DNA of 36,926 nucleotides, from the IMG/VR virus record IMGVR_UViG_3300039308_000030; one strand, written 5' to 3'. The stretch's first letter is position 1. Each line of letters opens with the position of its first letter. The translations under genes and the position numbers were made by a program. The notes under the pieces are model-generated. The model did no database searches. It had not been told where the DNA came from and saw only the letters and a program-made list of their open reading frames with translations. Shown one piece after another: positions 25,523 to 35,154 of the stretch. Source of the stretch: a virus (Duplodnaviria > Caudoviricetes).

Positions 25523-26298
25523 GCGCGGTTGCACTCCAGAGCTTCGGCTTCGGCGACCAGCTGGTGCGGGTGGCAGATCGCAACGAGGCGGCGTGGTTCG
25601 TCGCCAACGACGTGTGCGCGGTCCTCGATATTGTGAACAGTCGCCATGCTGTATCCCGCTTGGAGGAAGATGAGCGCGATTGCGTCGTCATTAGCGACGC
25701 AATGGGCCGCGAGCGCGAGACCACTGTGGTTTCCGAGTCCGGCGTGTTCGCGCTGATCTTCCGGAGCCGCAAACCCGCGGCGCGGGCGTTCCGCAAGTGG
25801 GTGACGAGCGAAGTGCTGCCGGCGATCCGGCGCACGGGGCGGTTCGAGGCCGAACGGGCGAACGACGAAAGCGGCGAGTGGCCGGCGCTGGCGCAGCTGC
25901 CGGAAGCGCCGGACGAGTTCGAGCGGGTCCGAGTGCGGCTGCAACTGGTGCGGGAAGCGCGGATCGCGTTCGGCACGCGGGCGGCGCGGAAGATGTGGGC
26001 ATGGGCCGGGTTGCCTGACCTGTGCGAGCCAAGCCGCATTGCGGCGGCCGAAGTCCTTGGCGAGCGGTACCGGTCGGTGATCGACTGGATGGAAGCCCGC
26101 ACAGAGGTTCGCGCCGGAAACCGGATGTCCGCCGCCGGGCTATATGCCGATTATCGACAGTGGCTTCGCAACGAAGGTCGGATCGCCGAGCTGCAAAGCC
26201 AGACCGGTTTCGGTCGCGCGCTTACCGAGTGCGGCTTCATCGGGGTGAAAATCGCCGGCGGGCGCATGGGGCGGGTCGGGCTGAAGCTGAACGACTGA
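25519..26298 (+). CDS. Bro-N antirepressor-like protein with C-terminal primase-like winged helix
   Basis: WFVANDVCAVL, VSESGVFALIFRSRKPAARAFRKWVTSEVLPAIRRTG; C-terminal LYADYRQW..SQTGFGRAL. Confidence 0.9.
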   Translation: MSAVALQSFGFGDQLVRVADRNEAAWFVANDVCAVLDIVNSRHAVSRLEEDERDCVVISDAMGRERETTVVSESGVFALIFRSRKPAARAFRKWVTSEVLPAIRRTGRFEAERANDESGEWPALAQLPEAPDEFERVRVRLQLVREARIAFGTRAARKMWAWAGLPDLCEPSRIAAAEVLGERYRSVIDWMEARTEVRAGNRMSAAGLYADYRQWLRNEGRIAELQSQTGFGRALTECGFIGVKIAGGRMGRVGLKLND

Positions 26299-26320
26299 CG
26301 AGCCGCAGCAAGATCGATCG

Positions 26321-26350
26321 AGGGCCGTCCAGAGGGGCGGCCCTTTTCAT
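26321..26350 (+). terminator. Intrinsic terminator-like hairpin
   Basis: AGGGCCGTCC-AGAG-GGGCGGCCCT then TTT. Confidence 0.65.
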
Positions 26351-26362
26351 TTGGAGAGACGG

Positions 26363-28387
26363 ATGCCGACGACGTTGCGCGACCTGGCCGTCAACCTGAC
26401 GATGAATGTCGCGGACTTCACGCGCAACGCCAGCGTGGCCGAGCGCCGGGCGGACGCGATGAAGGCGAAGTTCGACGGCATCGGCAGCAAGATCACGAGC
26501 GGGATCAAGGGCTCGGTCGTCGGCTTCGCGACCGGCCTGGCCGGCGCCTTCACCATCGACGCAATCGTCGGCCTGGCAAAATCCGGCCTCGAATATGCGA
26601 GCTCGCTCGGCGAAGTGGCGCAGCAGCTGGGCGTCACGTCGACCGAGTTGCAGGAATATCGGTACGCAGCGACGCAGGTCGGCATCGCCCAGGACGAAAT
26701 GGACCAGGGCCTGGCGAAGCTGACGCGATCGCTGGGCGTCGCTTCGAGCGGCACGGGCGCGCAGGCCAAGGTGTTCGCCGAGCTGGGGATCAGCGTCCGC
26801 GACGCGAACGGCCATGTGAAGACGGCGGGCGCGGTGATGCCCGAGCTGGCCAACGCTTTGGCGAAGATCCCCGATCCGGCGAAACGGGCGGCGATCGAAG
26901 TCACGCTGTTCGGCAAGTCCGGGCAGAAGCTCGACACGCTGCTTTCAGGCGGGGCGTCGCAGATCAACAATTTGCGAGACGCCGCCCAGAAGCTGGGCGT
27001 GGTGCTGTCTGAAAAACAAATTCAGAAAGCCGACGAAACCGCGGACAAGCTGGCGGCGCTCAAGACGGTGCTGCAGGCACAGATTGCCGGCGTGGTCGCC
27101 GACAATGCGGACGCGATCATGAAGCTGGCGGATTCGTTCGCCGATTTGGCGACCGAAGCGGTAAAGGCCATGCCGAAGGTCAAGGCCTTCTTCGAGCGGA
27201 TGCAATATTATCGGGACTGGCTGGCCAAGAAGCCGCTGGACATCCGCAGCGCCGTCGGGGCGGCGAGTGCCCAGGAGGAAGCCGAGCGCCGGCGGCTCGG
27301 CAAAGCGATGGAGGGCTACGAGAAGTCGCACGGCGGTAGCCCCGTGCGCGTCGATCCGCGCGGCGGCGGCGGGTCGTGGCTGACCGCCAACGACAATGCC
27401 GTGCTCTCCGGGTGGAACGAGACGCTTCGTGCGATCCGCGCCACAGCGTCGGGCATCGGCGAGCTTTCGGCAAAGGCTGAGGCTGGGGCCAAAACCGTGC
27501 CGACACTTCGTGACGAGATTATCAAGCTGGCGATGCCAACCGAGGACGCCGGGGAGAAAGCGCGGCGCACTGCGGAGGAGTTTCAGCAGCTCACGGAGGA
27601 GCTCAACCCGGACACGGTGCGGGCCGAGCAATACGTTCACCAGTTGGACGTCCTGCGGCAGGGGCTGGAAGCGATCAACGCGCCGGCGGAGAAGCTGAAC
27701 GAACAAATCGGCAAGCTCACGCTTGCGCGCTACCCGGAAGTGATCGAGGCGATTGCCGCCTCGTTTGGTGCGATGAACGGGCAGACCGGCGCGGCCATCG
27801 AGGCCAATGACAATCTGGCGGCGAGTGCAGAGTCAACTCGCGGCCGGGTCGGCTTTGCCTTTCAAGGAATTGCCGAGCAGGCGGCGGGCGCGTTCGGCGA
27901 CCTTGTCGCCAATGCCGACTCCCTCAAGGGCTTCTGGCACGGCCTCGTCGACCTGATCGACGACAGCGCGCGGTCGATCATCGCCTCGCTTGTGGAGATG
28001 TCGGTCAAGTTCCTGCTGTTCAAGGCGATCAGCGGGATTTTCGGCGGCGGAAGCATGTCGCCCGGAGGCCCGACCAGCATCGGCGGCGGGCTCGGCGACT
28101 GGTTCGCCGCCCATCCGTTTCCGATTCCGCACGCGCAAGGAGGCCCGGTGGTGCCGGGGCGAACCTACCTGGTGGGCGAGCAGGGGCCAGAATATGTCCG
28201 GTTCGGAAGCCGCGGCTATGTCACGCCGAACCGTAACATGGGACGAGGCGGCGGGATCACGGTCAACCAACATTTCGCGCCGAACTTCGCCGGCAATGCC
28301 GCGACTCACGAGGACCTCGCGCGAATGGGAATGCTGGCCAAGCATGGGGCCATCCAAGCCATTCGCGAGGAGCGTCGCCGCGCATGA
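26363..28387 (+). CDS. Tape measure protein
   Basis: 674 aa, Ala-rich helical; LFGKSG..L; C-terminal AQGGPV..G..YLVGEQGPE. Confidence 0.92.
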   Translation: MPTTLRDLAVNLTMNVADFTRNASVAERRADAMKAKFDGIGSKITSGIKGSVVGFATGLAGAFTIDAIVGLAKSGLEYASSLGEVAQQLGVTSTELQEYRYAATQVGIAQDEMDQGLAKLTRSLGVASSGTGAQAKVFAELGISVRDANGHVKTAGAVMPELANALAKIPDPAKRAAIEVTLFGKSGQKLDTLLSGGASQINNLRDAAQKLGVVLSEKQIQKADETADKLAALKTVLQAQIAGVVADNADAIMKLADSFADLATEAVKAMPKVKAFFERMQYYRDWLAKKPLDIRSAVGAASAQEEAERRRLGKAMEGYEKSHGGSPVRVDPRGGGGSWLTANDNAVLSGWNETLRAIRATASGIGELSAKAEAGAKTVPTLRDEIIKLAMPTEDAGEKARRTAEEFQQLTEELNPDTVRAEQYVHQLDVLRQGLEAINAPAEKLNEQIGKLTLARYPEVIEAIAASFGAMNGQTGAAIEANDNLAASAESTRGRVGFAFQGIAEQAAGAFGDLVANADSLKGFWHGLVDLIDDSARSIIASLVEMSVKFLLFKAISGIFGGGSMSPGGPTSIGGGLGDWFAAHPFPIPHAQGGPVVPGRTYLVGEQGPEYVRFGSRGYVTPNRNMGRGGGITVNQHFAPNFAGNAATHEDLARMGMLAKHGAIQAIREERRRA

Positions 28388-29040
28388 GCCGCGACCTTCC
28401 GACCGCTCTTGTGGACGCGATCGACGAGCCGGTCGTTCGCCCGTTCCAGGCGTTGCGCATCGAGCTGCCCGATCCCCTGTACGTGTGGACGGGTCTCGGT
28501 ACCCTCATCTTCGCCGACGCGGACGGCAACACGCGCAACTGGATCGGCGCGGGCGGGCTTGGCTCGATCGATACGACCGGAGAGGCGACGGATGGGAGCG
28601 CCACCGGCATACGTGCAGCGCTCTATCAGGTGCCAGCGGAATTCCGCGACGACATCGCGCAGCAAGCGGTTCGCGGCGTAGTATTCGAGGTTTATGCCGG
28701 CGCGCTGAACGAGACCTACCAGCAAGTCGAGGCAACCGCGCTCATCTGGAAGGGTCGCCTCGACGAATATAAGATCACCGATGCCGGCGACACGCTGACC
28801 GTCGAGGTTGCGGGTGAGAGCCGCGGCATCGACCAGCGCCGCCCGGCAATCAAGCGGTTCACCGACGAATATCAGCAGCGCAAGCATCCCGGCGACAAGT
28901 TCTTCGAATATGTTTCGCGCATGACGGAGGTGTCGATCCTCTGGGCCAAAGCCGAGCAGACCACGGCGGGAGTTGGCGGTGGCGGTAGAGCGAGCGGCGG
29001 AAGTCCGTCATATCGCGGCGGGCGGGACGGCCTTTTGTGA
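28384..29040 (+). CDS. Minor tail/hub protein
   Basis: WTGLGTL..W.GAGGLGSI; FTDEYQQRKHPGDKFFEYV. Confidence 0.8.
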   Translation: MSRDLPTALVDAIDEPVVRPFQALRIELPDPLYVWTGLGTLIFADADGNTRNWIGAGGLGSIDTTGEATDGSATGIRAALYQVPAEFRDDIAQQAVRGVVFEVYAGALNETYQQVEATALIWKGRLDEYKITDAGDTLTVEVAGESRGIDQRRPAIKRFTDEYQQRKHPGDKFFEYVSRMTEVSILWAKAEQTTAGVGGGGRASGGSPSYRGGRDGLL

Positions 29041-29384
29041 TCGGCTGGGAGCAGCATTGCGCCGACGTCGCCGCCGCGCATGTGAAGGCTGAAACCGGGC
29101 GAGACATTTGGGCCGAGCTCGGGGGTGCACCGCGCAATGCTCGCGAGGCCGCCGAGCTGTACCGGAAACTCAAGGCGCGGACGCTCAAGTCGGCAGTCAG
29201 CAAGGCGCTCGGAACGAAAGCGCACAAGCCGCTGATGGCGATGCGTGGCGACCTGGTGCTGGTGAAAAGCGGTGAGCTCTCCGCGCTCGGCATCTGCCGC
29301 GGCGACCTAATCGAGTGCGCTGATAACATGCTCCCGATGTCGCGTGCGGAGTGCTGCTGGAAAGTGAGCCGCTTCCGTGAGTAA
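29037..29384 (+). CDS. Tail-associated NlpC/P60-like protein (DUF6950-like), short
   Basis: C..AA..V.A.TG.D; A.RGDLV; ALGIC.G; position. Confidence 0.65.
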   Translation: MIGWEQHCADVAAAHVKAETGRDIWAELGGAPRNAREAAELYRKLKARTLKSAVSKALGTKAHKPLMAMRGDLVLVKSGELSALGICRGDLIECADNMLPMSRAECCWKVSRFRE

Positions 29385-31590
29385 GACCATCGTTTCGATC
29401 ATCGGCGTCGCGGCCGCGATTGCGATTGCCTTCGTCGCACCGCCTTTGGGGGCTGCGATCTTCGGAACCGCTGTGTCTGCTTCGGTGGCCACGGCGATCG
29501 TCACCATCGGCCTTTCGTTTGCCGTCAGTCTGGCGCTGTCCTTCGCGATGAAGAAGCTGGGCTCCGGTGCTCCAAAGGCCGAAGACCAGGTCGGACCCCC
29601 GCAGGTATTCCGCCAGGCGGTGACGAGCAGCTTCATCGTGTACGGGAAACGGCGCGTCGGCGGACTGCTGACCTTTTTCCACTCTCGAGCGTCGGGCGGC
29701 CAGCATTACCGCTATTTCGTCATCGCGGCTGCCGGGCATCGCTGCAAAGGCGTCGTCACTTGGTATCTGAACGACGAAGCCGTGACGGTAGACGGGTCGG
29801 GCAAGGTCACCAGCGGCAAATATGCGAACGCAGCCTGGCTGTGGTTCCAGCGCGGTTTGAGCAGCGAGACGGCGAACGCGACCTTCGTTTCGGAGTGCGG
29901 CGGCAAGTGGACGAGCGCGCACAAGGGCAACGATGTTGCCGCGATTTACGCCAAGTTCCAGATGACGGATGCGGTCGTGCAGGCGGGAATGCCGAACATC
30001 ACCGCGGTGATCGAAGGAAAGGATGACATCCTCGATCCTCGCACGGCAGTCGCTGGGTATACCCGGAACGCTGCGCTGATCTTTTACGACTGGATGAAGA
30101 CTGCGCGCGAGGAAGGCGGCTTCGGTGCATACGAAGACGAGATCCCCGACGATGCTTGGATAAGCGCGCAGGCGAACGTCTGCGACGAGGTGGTGAACAG
30201 CGCGCCGCGTTATGCGATCGACGCGGTGATCCAGACAGGGGCGTCCCCGGCTGAGGTACGGGACGCACTCGTCGTGAATATGGCTGGCAGCTACACCTTC
30301 TCGGGCGGCAAGCATCTGATGCGCCCAGGCTTTTATGTGCCGGTCAGCGCGACCTTGAGCGAAGGCGACCTGGCCGGGGCCATTCAGGTCTCGCCGTTCA
30401 TGCCTTCCGACGTCGGCGCGAACGAAGTCCAGGGCACCTACATCAACCCGAACGAGGGCTATCAGGGCTCACCGTTCCCGACGCAGCGTCTGACCCCCGC
30501 TCCCGACGACGTGAGGCAATCGGATCTCGACCTCGCCTTCACGACAAACCTCGACCAGGCGGTTCGGGTCGCGCGGATCATGCTCAACCGAGCGCAAGCC
30601 GAGAAGACCGTCGTCTGGCCGATGAACATCGTTGGATTGAAGGTGAAAGCGCTCGACACGGTGCAACTGGACACGCCGCGGTACGGGCTCAGCAATTACG
30701 CCTGGACGGTGCTCAACTGGGGCTTGTCCCCGGACTGGGGCGTCGTCGCGTCGCTGCGCGAGGAGAACCCCGAAATCTATGACGAGCCGGTTGCGGCCTC
30801 TCCGGTGACGCCCCCTACCGTGAGTGTTCCGGCTCCGCTGCTGACCTCTTCGGAAACCGCGCAACTGATCGCCAATAGCTATGCGACTGGTCTGACGTTC
30901 TCCGTTAGCTCAGCGGGCGCCGTGACGATATCCGGCCACACGCGCGTCTATTCAGACAAGAATGTCACGGTGAACGGGACTGGCGGAACGCCGATCGCTA
31001 CTGGCGCAGCTTCTGGAGCCTTGGTTTACATTTATTATGATGACCCGGATCGCGCTGGCGGCACGGTAACGTACCAAGCGCTCGTTCTTGCCGGCGGCGT
31101 CGGTGATTACAGCAGCGCATTCGCATCCTCTTCGAACCCTTATCGGCATTTCGTCGCGACTAAGGCGGTTCCTGCCAGCGGTTCGACCGGCGGCGGTTCA
31201 GGCGCTGGCAGTGGCGGCGGCGGCTCCGGTGCGTGCGTCGCCACAGACACGCCGGTGCTGCTCGCCGACGGCTCGGTGATCGAGGCGGGGGCGATCGAGC
31301 GGTACATGCAGCTGCGGACCGTTCACGAGGAAAGCGGCCTCGAGGGCATCTATCACGTCTCGGCCCATCGCATCGTCCCCGATCAGCCAGTGTTCCAGGT
31401 CACCGCCAGCGGGAAGACTATCCGCGCGACCGCTGGCCATCGCATCCTGATTGATGGCGAGTGGAAGACTGCCGAGGAACTGGGAACGCCCGACGGAACA
31501 GCGGACGTCGTGCAGATGACCGTCGCGGACGCGCACACCTACGTCTCGGGCGGCCTCGTCAGCCACAACATGAAGATTGAAGGGCTCTAG
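29377..31590 (+). CDS. Tail tip/central fibre protein (J-like) with C-terminal Hint domain
   Basis: IVYGKRRVGG, N.AL..YDW, AQANVCDE, ANEVQGTY; Hint C1 at 31234, TAGH, HN at 31564-31569. Confidence 0.9.
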   Translation: MSKTIVSIIGVAAAIAIAFVAPPLGAAIFGTAVSASVATAIVTIGLSFAVSLALSFAMKKLGSGAPKAEDQVGPPQVFRQAVTSSFIVYGKRRVGGLLTFFHSRASGGQHYRYFVIAAAGHRCKGVVTWYLNDEAVTVDGSGKVTSGKYANAAWLWFQRGLSSETANATFVSECGGKWTSAHKGNDVAAIYAKFQMTDAVVQAGMPNITAVIEGKDDILDPRTAVAGYTRNAALIFYDWMKTAREEGGFGAYEDEIPDDAWISAQANVCDEVVNSAPRYAIDAVIQTGASPAEVRDALVVNMAGSYTFSGGKHLMRPGFYVPVSATLSEGDLAGAIQVSPFMPSDVGANEVQGTYINPNEGYQGSPFPTQRLTPAPDDVRQSDLDLAFTTNLDQAVRVARIMLNRAQAEKTVVWPMNIVGLKVKALDTVQLDTPRYGLSNYAWTVLNWGLSPDWGVVASLREENPEIYDEPVAASPVTPPTVSVPAPLLTSSETAQLIANSYATGLTFSVSSAGAVTISGHTRVYSDKNVTVNGTGGTPIATGAASGALVYIYYDDPDRAGGTVTYQALVLAGGVGDYSSAFASSSNPYRHFVATKAVPASGSTGGGSGAGSGGGGSGACVATDTPVLLADGSVIEAGAIERYMQLRTVHEESGLEGIYHVSAHRIVPDQPVFQVTASGKTIRATAGHRILIDGEWKTAEELGTPDGTADVVQMTVADAHTYVSGGLVSHNMKIEGL

Positions 31591-31593
31591 CCG

Positions 31594-32286
31594 ATGGCGG
31601 ATTATGCGTGGCCGGAAGACCTCGTTCCGTATGCGGTGGAGTTCTGGCTTCAGCCGCACACTGGAGGCAGCGAAAGCCCCTTCACACGGCAGGGCAAATA
31701 TTACGGTCTCTCAGCGCCCCGTTGGGTGTGTTCGATGTCGTTTCGCGGCGCTGACTCCTACCGAAACTGGGGTACGGGCCCACATGTCACCGGACCGCAG
31801 ATGGACGCCTTTCTTGCGAAGATGCAGGGTCGCCTCAACCGGGTCTCTATCTTCGACTTCAGGCGTCGCGAACCGACCGATCCAGATTGGTCACTGTCTG
31901 CAAGCAACTTGGCGGCCGCTGCTGGCTCATCCTCCATCACGATCACAGGATTGACGCCGGGAACAGTCGTTTATGCCGGCGACTACATCGGTGGTGACGG
32001 GCGGCCGCACATCTTCACGTCTTCGGATTTGGGCCGTGTAGCAGGCACCGCCGACGGCACGGGGCAGGCAACAGTCTCGTTTATGCCGCCGCTCGCCGCT
32101 GACTTGGATGCCGGAGCCGCGACGTTCGCAGATGCCACCGGTATGTTTCGCTTGGTTTCCGACGACGCCGGGCAGAACGGGAGCGAGGTTGGCCAGCTAA
32201 CCACTTACTCGCTGACGTTCCTTGAGGACATGAGCCCCGACTACAGCGTCACGTTCAACGACGACACTGTCACGTACAGCCTCTAA
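31594..32286 (+). CDS. Distal-tail-like protein
   Basis: WP..L.P..SESPFT..RW..AFLAKMQGR..V.FMPPL. Confidence 0.65.
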   Translation: MADYAWPEDLVPYAVEFWLQPHTGGSESPFTRQGKYYGLSAPRWVCSMSFRGADSYRNWGTGPHVTGPQMDAFLAKMQGRLNRVSIFDFRRREPTDPDWSLSASNLAAAAGSSSITITGLTPGTVVYAGDYIGGDGRPHIFTSSDLGRVAGTADGTGQATVSFMPPLAADLDAGAATFADATGMFRLVSDDAGQNGSEVGQLTTYSLTFLEDMSPDYSVTFNDDTVTYSL

Positions 32287-32300
32287 GCTCCGGAGAGAAG

Positions 32301-33782
32301 ATGCCTGAGATCCGCGCTGGTGCGGGGATCGCGCTGTCGCGCGACCCAATCACTGACATTCTCACCGTTGAGGCGACCGGCGATGGAGGCGGTGGCGGCA
32401 GTGGTGGTCTCTCAATCGACAATAGCGCGTATGACGCAACGACATGGGACGGCGAGGGAACCATCGCGCCGTCCAAGAATGCATTGCGCGACAAGTTCGT
32501 CGCGATCGACGCTTTGGTCTCGACGGCGCTAAAGAGCGGGGTCGTCGCGCAAGGCGCGTTGCCGGCGGGCACAAATGAATTGTGGTTTAGGCAGGTAAAC
32601 TTCACCGGTGCTGCGGCGAATGCTTCTCGCGCCGATATTGTGAAGCTCTTTAGCCAGCTCAGCGGGACGAACGGCCTGGCTGAGCACCGTCCTTTTGAGA
32701 TCGGCTCAGACCTCTACCACACCGGTGGCGACGTTGCCGACAGTCGTTCGATCGTCGCATATAACCGCCTCGGTCTGGCGGGATCAGCGAACTTGGGGAC
32801 CGCCGGATTCCTGATTGCTTTCGATGGCCACAACGCCATCGAGGGCAACGGAAACGCCCAGTTCTGCATGGGCTTCAACTGTTCGGCTATCGACCTCGAC
32901 ACCCCCGGCGCCGGGACCGGTAAAACGCTTGCTGCCTATGGCTTTAGAGCCGACAACCAGGGCCATGCCTCCAAGGTGACTTCGGTCGCCGCGGGCTTCG
33001 TCAGCGAGAACATGACCGCGGGCGCTCCCACCACCATCGGCTTCATCAGCAAAATGACGGCGGGAACTGGAAAGTGGGGGTTTGGCGACGACGGCGGGGC
33101 CAACAACTACTTCGTCGGCAAGGTGAAGCTCGGGGAGAAGTCGACGCCCAGCGTCGCGCTTGACGTCAAAGGCTACGCGCGTTTTTCGAACGACGGTACT
33201 TATCCGTCGACGGCGAACACCGTGCATGAGTTCGTGCAGTCGGGGAACACATACGGTCTGCGGGTCCACAACAAGCACGCTTCGGCGCCCAACGGGATCC
33301 GGATCAGCTACACAGCTTCTCCGAATGCGGCGTCAAATCAGTTCGTTCTCTGCGAGGACGGCACCCAGACCAAGTTTGTTGTTTGGTCGAACGGCAACGC
33401 AGTAAACGCAAACAACAGCTACGGAGCGATCTCGGACGCGAAGCTCAAGACGGGTATTCGCGATGCCACTCCGCAACTGGACGACATCCGCAGGCTGCGC
33501 GTCCGCAAGTACCGACTGAAGGCTGATCCCGACGGTCCGGAGCAGATCGGCCTCATTGCCCAGGAGGTGCAAAAGGTTTCGCCGGGGCTGGTCGCCTCGT
33601 CGCCCGATTACGAGACGTACACCGACAAGAAGGGCAACGAACGCCGGCGCAAGCTGAGAACGACGACGAAGAGCGTCAACTACTCGATCCTCTACATGAA
33701 GGCGGTGAAAGCGCTTCAGGAACTTGCCGAGATCGTCGAGCAGCAGGGCAAGGAGATCGAAGCGCTGAAGGCGAAAGCCTGA
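32301..33782 (+). CDS. Tail fibre/spike with C-terminal S74 intramolecular chaperone
   Basis: ISDAKLKTGI, GLIAQEV, VNYS, KALQEL plus coiled coil. Confidence 0.9.
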   Translation: MPEIRAGAGIALSRDPITDILTVEATGDGGGGGSGGLSIDNSAYDATTWDGEGTIAPSKNALRDKFVAIDALVSTALKSGVVAQGALPAGTNELWFRQVNFTGAAANASRADIVKLFSQLSGTNGLAEHRPFEIGSDLYHTGGDVADSRSIVAYNRLGLAGSANLGTAGFLIAFDGHNAIEGNGNAQFCMGFNCSAIDLDTPGAGTGKTLAAYGFRADNQGHASKVTSVAAGFVSENMTAGAPTTIGFISKMTAGTGKWGFGDDGGANNYFVGKVKLGEKSTPSVALDVKGYARFSNDGTYPSTANTVHEFVQSGNTYGLRVHNKHASAPNGIRISYTASPNAASNQFVLCEDGTQTKFVVWSNGNAVNANNSYGAISDAKLKTGIRDATPQLDDIRRLRVRKYRLKADPDGPEQIGLIAQEVQKVSPGLVASSPDYETYTDKKGNERRRKLRTTTKSVNYSILYMKAVKALQELAEIVEQQGKEIEALKAKA

Positions 33783-34108
33783 TGCCCGCAATCGTCACCA
33801 TCCTCCAGATCGTCAGCGGCGGGCTCTGGTTCGTCGTTGCGATGCTGTTCGTGCCGGCGGTGACGCGGATATGGCGCTCGCCGCGGCACGGTCCCGCACG
33901 CCCTGACCCGATCGACGTGATCGTCAGCCCGCTCGCCTTCGTCGGCTTCCTTCAAGCCGGCTTCGTCATTCGCTGGCTGATCTTTCCGGACGCCATCGCC
34001 GTCATGTCCAGCGCCGAACTGGTCGTGTGGGCGGGGCTTTACACCCTCTCAACCCTTGGCGCGCTCGGCGCCGCTGTAGCGTGGCGGATCGCCAGGGGGC
34101 TGCGATGA
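33782..34108 (+). CDS. Three-helix membrane protein (holin/antiholin candidate)
   Basis: Three hydrophobic segments; start of lysis cassette. Confidence 0.6.
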   Translation: MPAIVTILQIVSGGLWFVVAMLFVPAVTRIWRSPRHGPARPDPIDVIVSPLAFVGFLQAGFVIRWLIFPDAIAVMSSAELVVWAGLYTLSTLGALGAAVAWRIARGLR

Positions 34109-34497
34109 ACGAGTTTGATGTTGCTGCAAAGTTCCTTCCGCTTGCTCCAGGCCTCGGCGTCTGGAGCCTCGTATTCCTGGCCATCATCACCCTGATCAAG
34201 GGGTGGCCTGCGCTCACCAAGCTGAAGAATGAATCCGACGGCTCGCTGCGGCAGGACCTGCTCAAGCGCGTTGCCGAGCTGGAAAGCCAGCAGCGTATCG
34301 ATCGGGCCCAGTTCGAGGAAGACATGCGCGCTGAGCGCAAGAGCTGCGACGATCGCCTGAGAGATCAGGAGGATCGTCACAAGCAGGACATCGCCGAGCT
34401 CAACGGCAAGGTGGACGCGCTGATGCGGACGATTGCCCAGAACAGCCAGTCTCGCGCGCATCTGATCGGCGACCTGCGCCGCGAACGACCGGAGTAG
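34105..34497 (+). CDS. Membrane-anchored coiled-coil protein
   Basis: One TM then heptad-rich region. Confidence 0.7.
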   Translation: MNEFDVAAKFLPLAPGLGVWSLVFLAIITLIKGWPALTKLKNESDGSLRQDLLKRVAELESQQRIDRAQFEEDMRAERKSCDDRLRDQEDRHKQDIAELNGKVDALMRTIAQNSQSRAHLIGDLRRERPE

Positions 34498-34500
34498 CCC

Positions 34501-35154
34501 GTGAACCGACGGCCGATCTTCGACGCGGTGCGGCGGCTCCGCGGGCGGGCCTTCACGCCAAGCGAAGTCGCGCGGCTCGACGCGGCGATCGACGCGGCCG
34601 AGCGCGCGGATCCGCCGTCGAAGGCGGCATCGCCGCTGTCCACCGGCGCGTCGGCGGTGCTCGACAGCAAGAAAGGACCGCTCGCGGCGATCGTCGGGGC
34701 CGTGGCGGCGACGAGCCTGTTCGCGAGCGTGCCCAAGCATGAAGGCACGGAATATCGAGCCTACCGCGACGTCGCCGGCATCTGGACCATTTGCCAGGGC
34801 GACACGCGCGGCGTGCGCGCCGGGATGGTCGAGACCCCGGAAGGGTGCCGGCAGCGGCTCGAGGCGCAGCTCGTTGCCCATGCCAGCGGCGTCATGGCCT
34901 GCACGCCTCGGCTGAAGGAGGAGGGCCGCGACTGGCAACGCGCCGCCGCGACTAGCCTCGCTTACAATATCGGGGTCGGGTCCTGGTGCCGGTCGAGTGC
35001 CGACAAACGCTTCGACCGCGGCGACTTTCGCGGCGGCTGCGACGCCTTCCTTTCGTGGAACAAGGCGCGGGTGAACGGCCAGCTGCGGGCGGTGCGCGGC
35101 CTCACCACACGCCGCCAGCAGGAGCGTCAGGTCTGCTTGAAAGGACTGGTATGA
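34501..35154 (+). CDS. Endolysin (GH24 lysozyme)
   Basis: HEG..AYRDVAGIWTICQGDT; AYNIG; GLTTRRQQE; Ala-rich SAR-like segment before catalytic Glu. Confidence 0.95.
   Translation: MNRRPIFDAVRRLRGRAFTPSEVARLDAAIDAAERADPPSKAASPLSTGASAVLDSKKGPLAAIVGAVAATSLFASVPKHEGTEYRAYRDVAGIWTICQGDTRGVRAGMVETPEGCRQRLEAQLVAHASGVMACTPRLKEEGRDWQRAAATSLAYNIGVGSWCRSSADKRFDRGDFRGGCDAFLSWNKARVNGQLRAVRGLTTRRQQERQVCLKGLV

Noticed and set aside
31234-31569. Hint domain as a mobile canonical intein
   Set aside because: No homing endonuclease, +1 residue is Met, and the C-extein is only 6 aa
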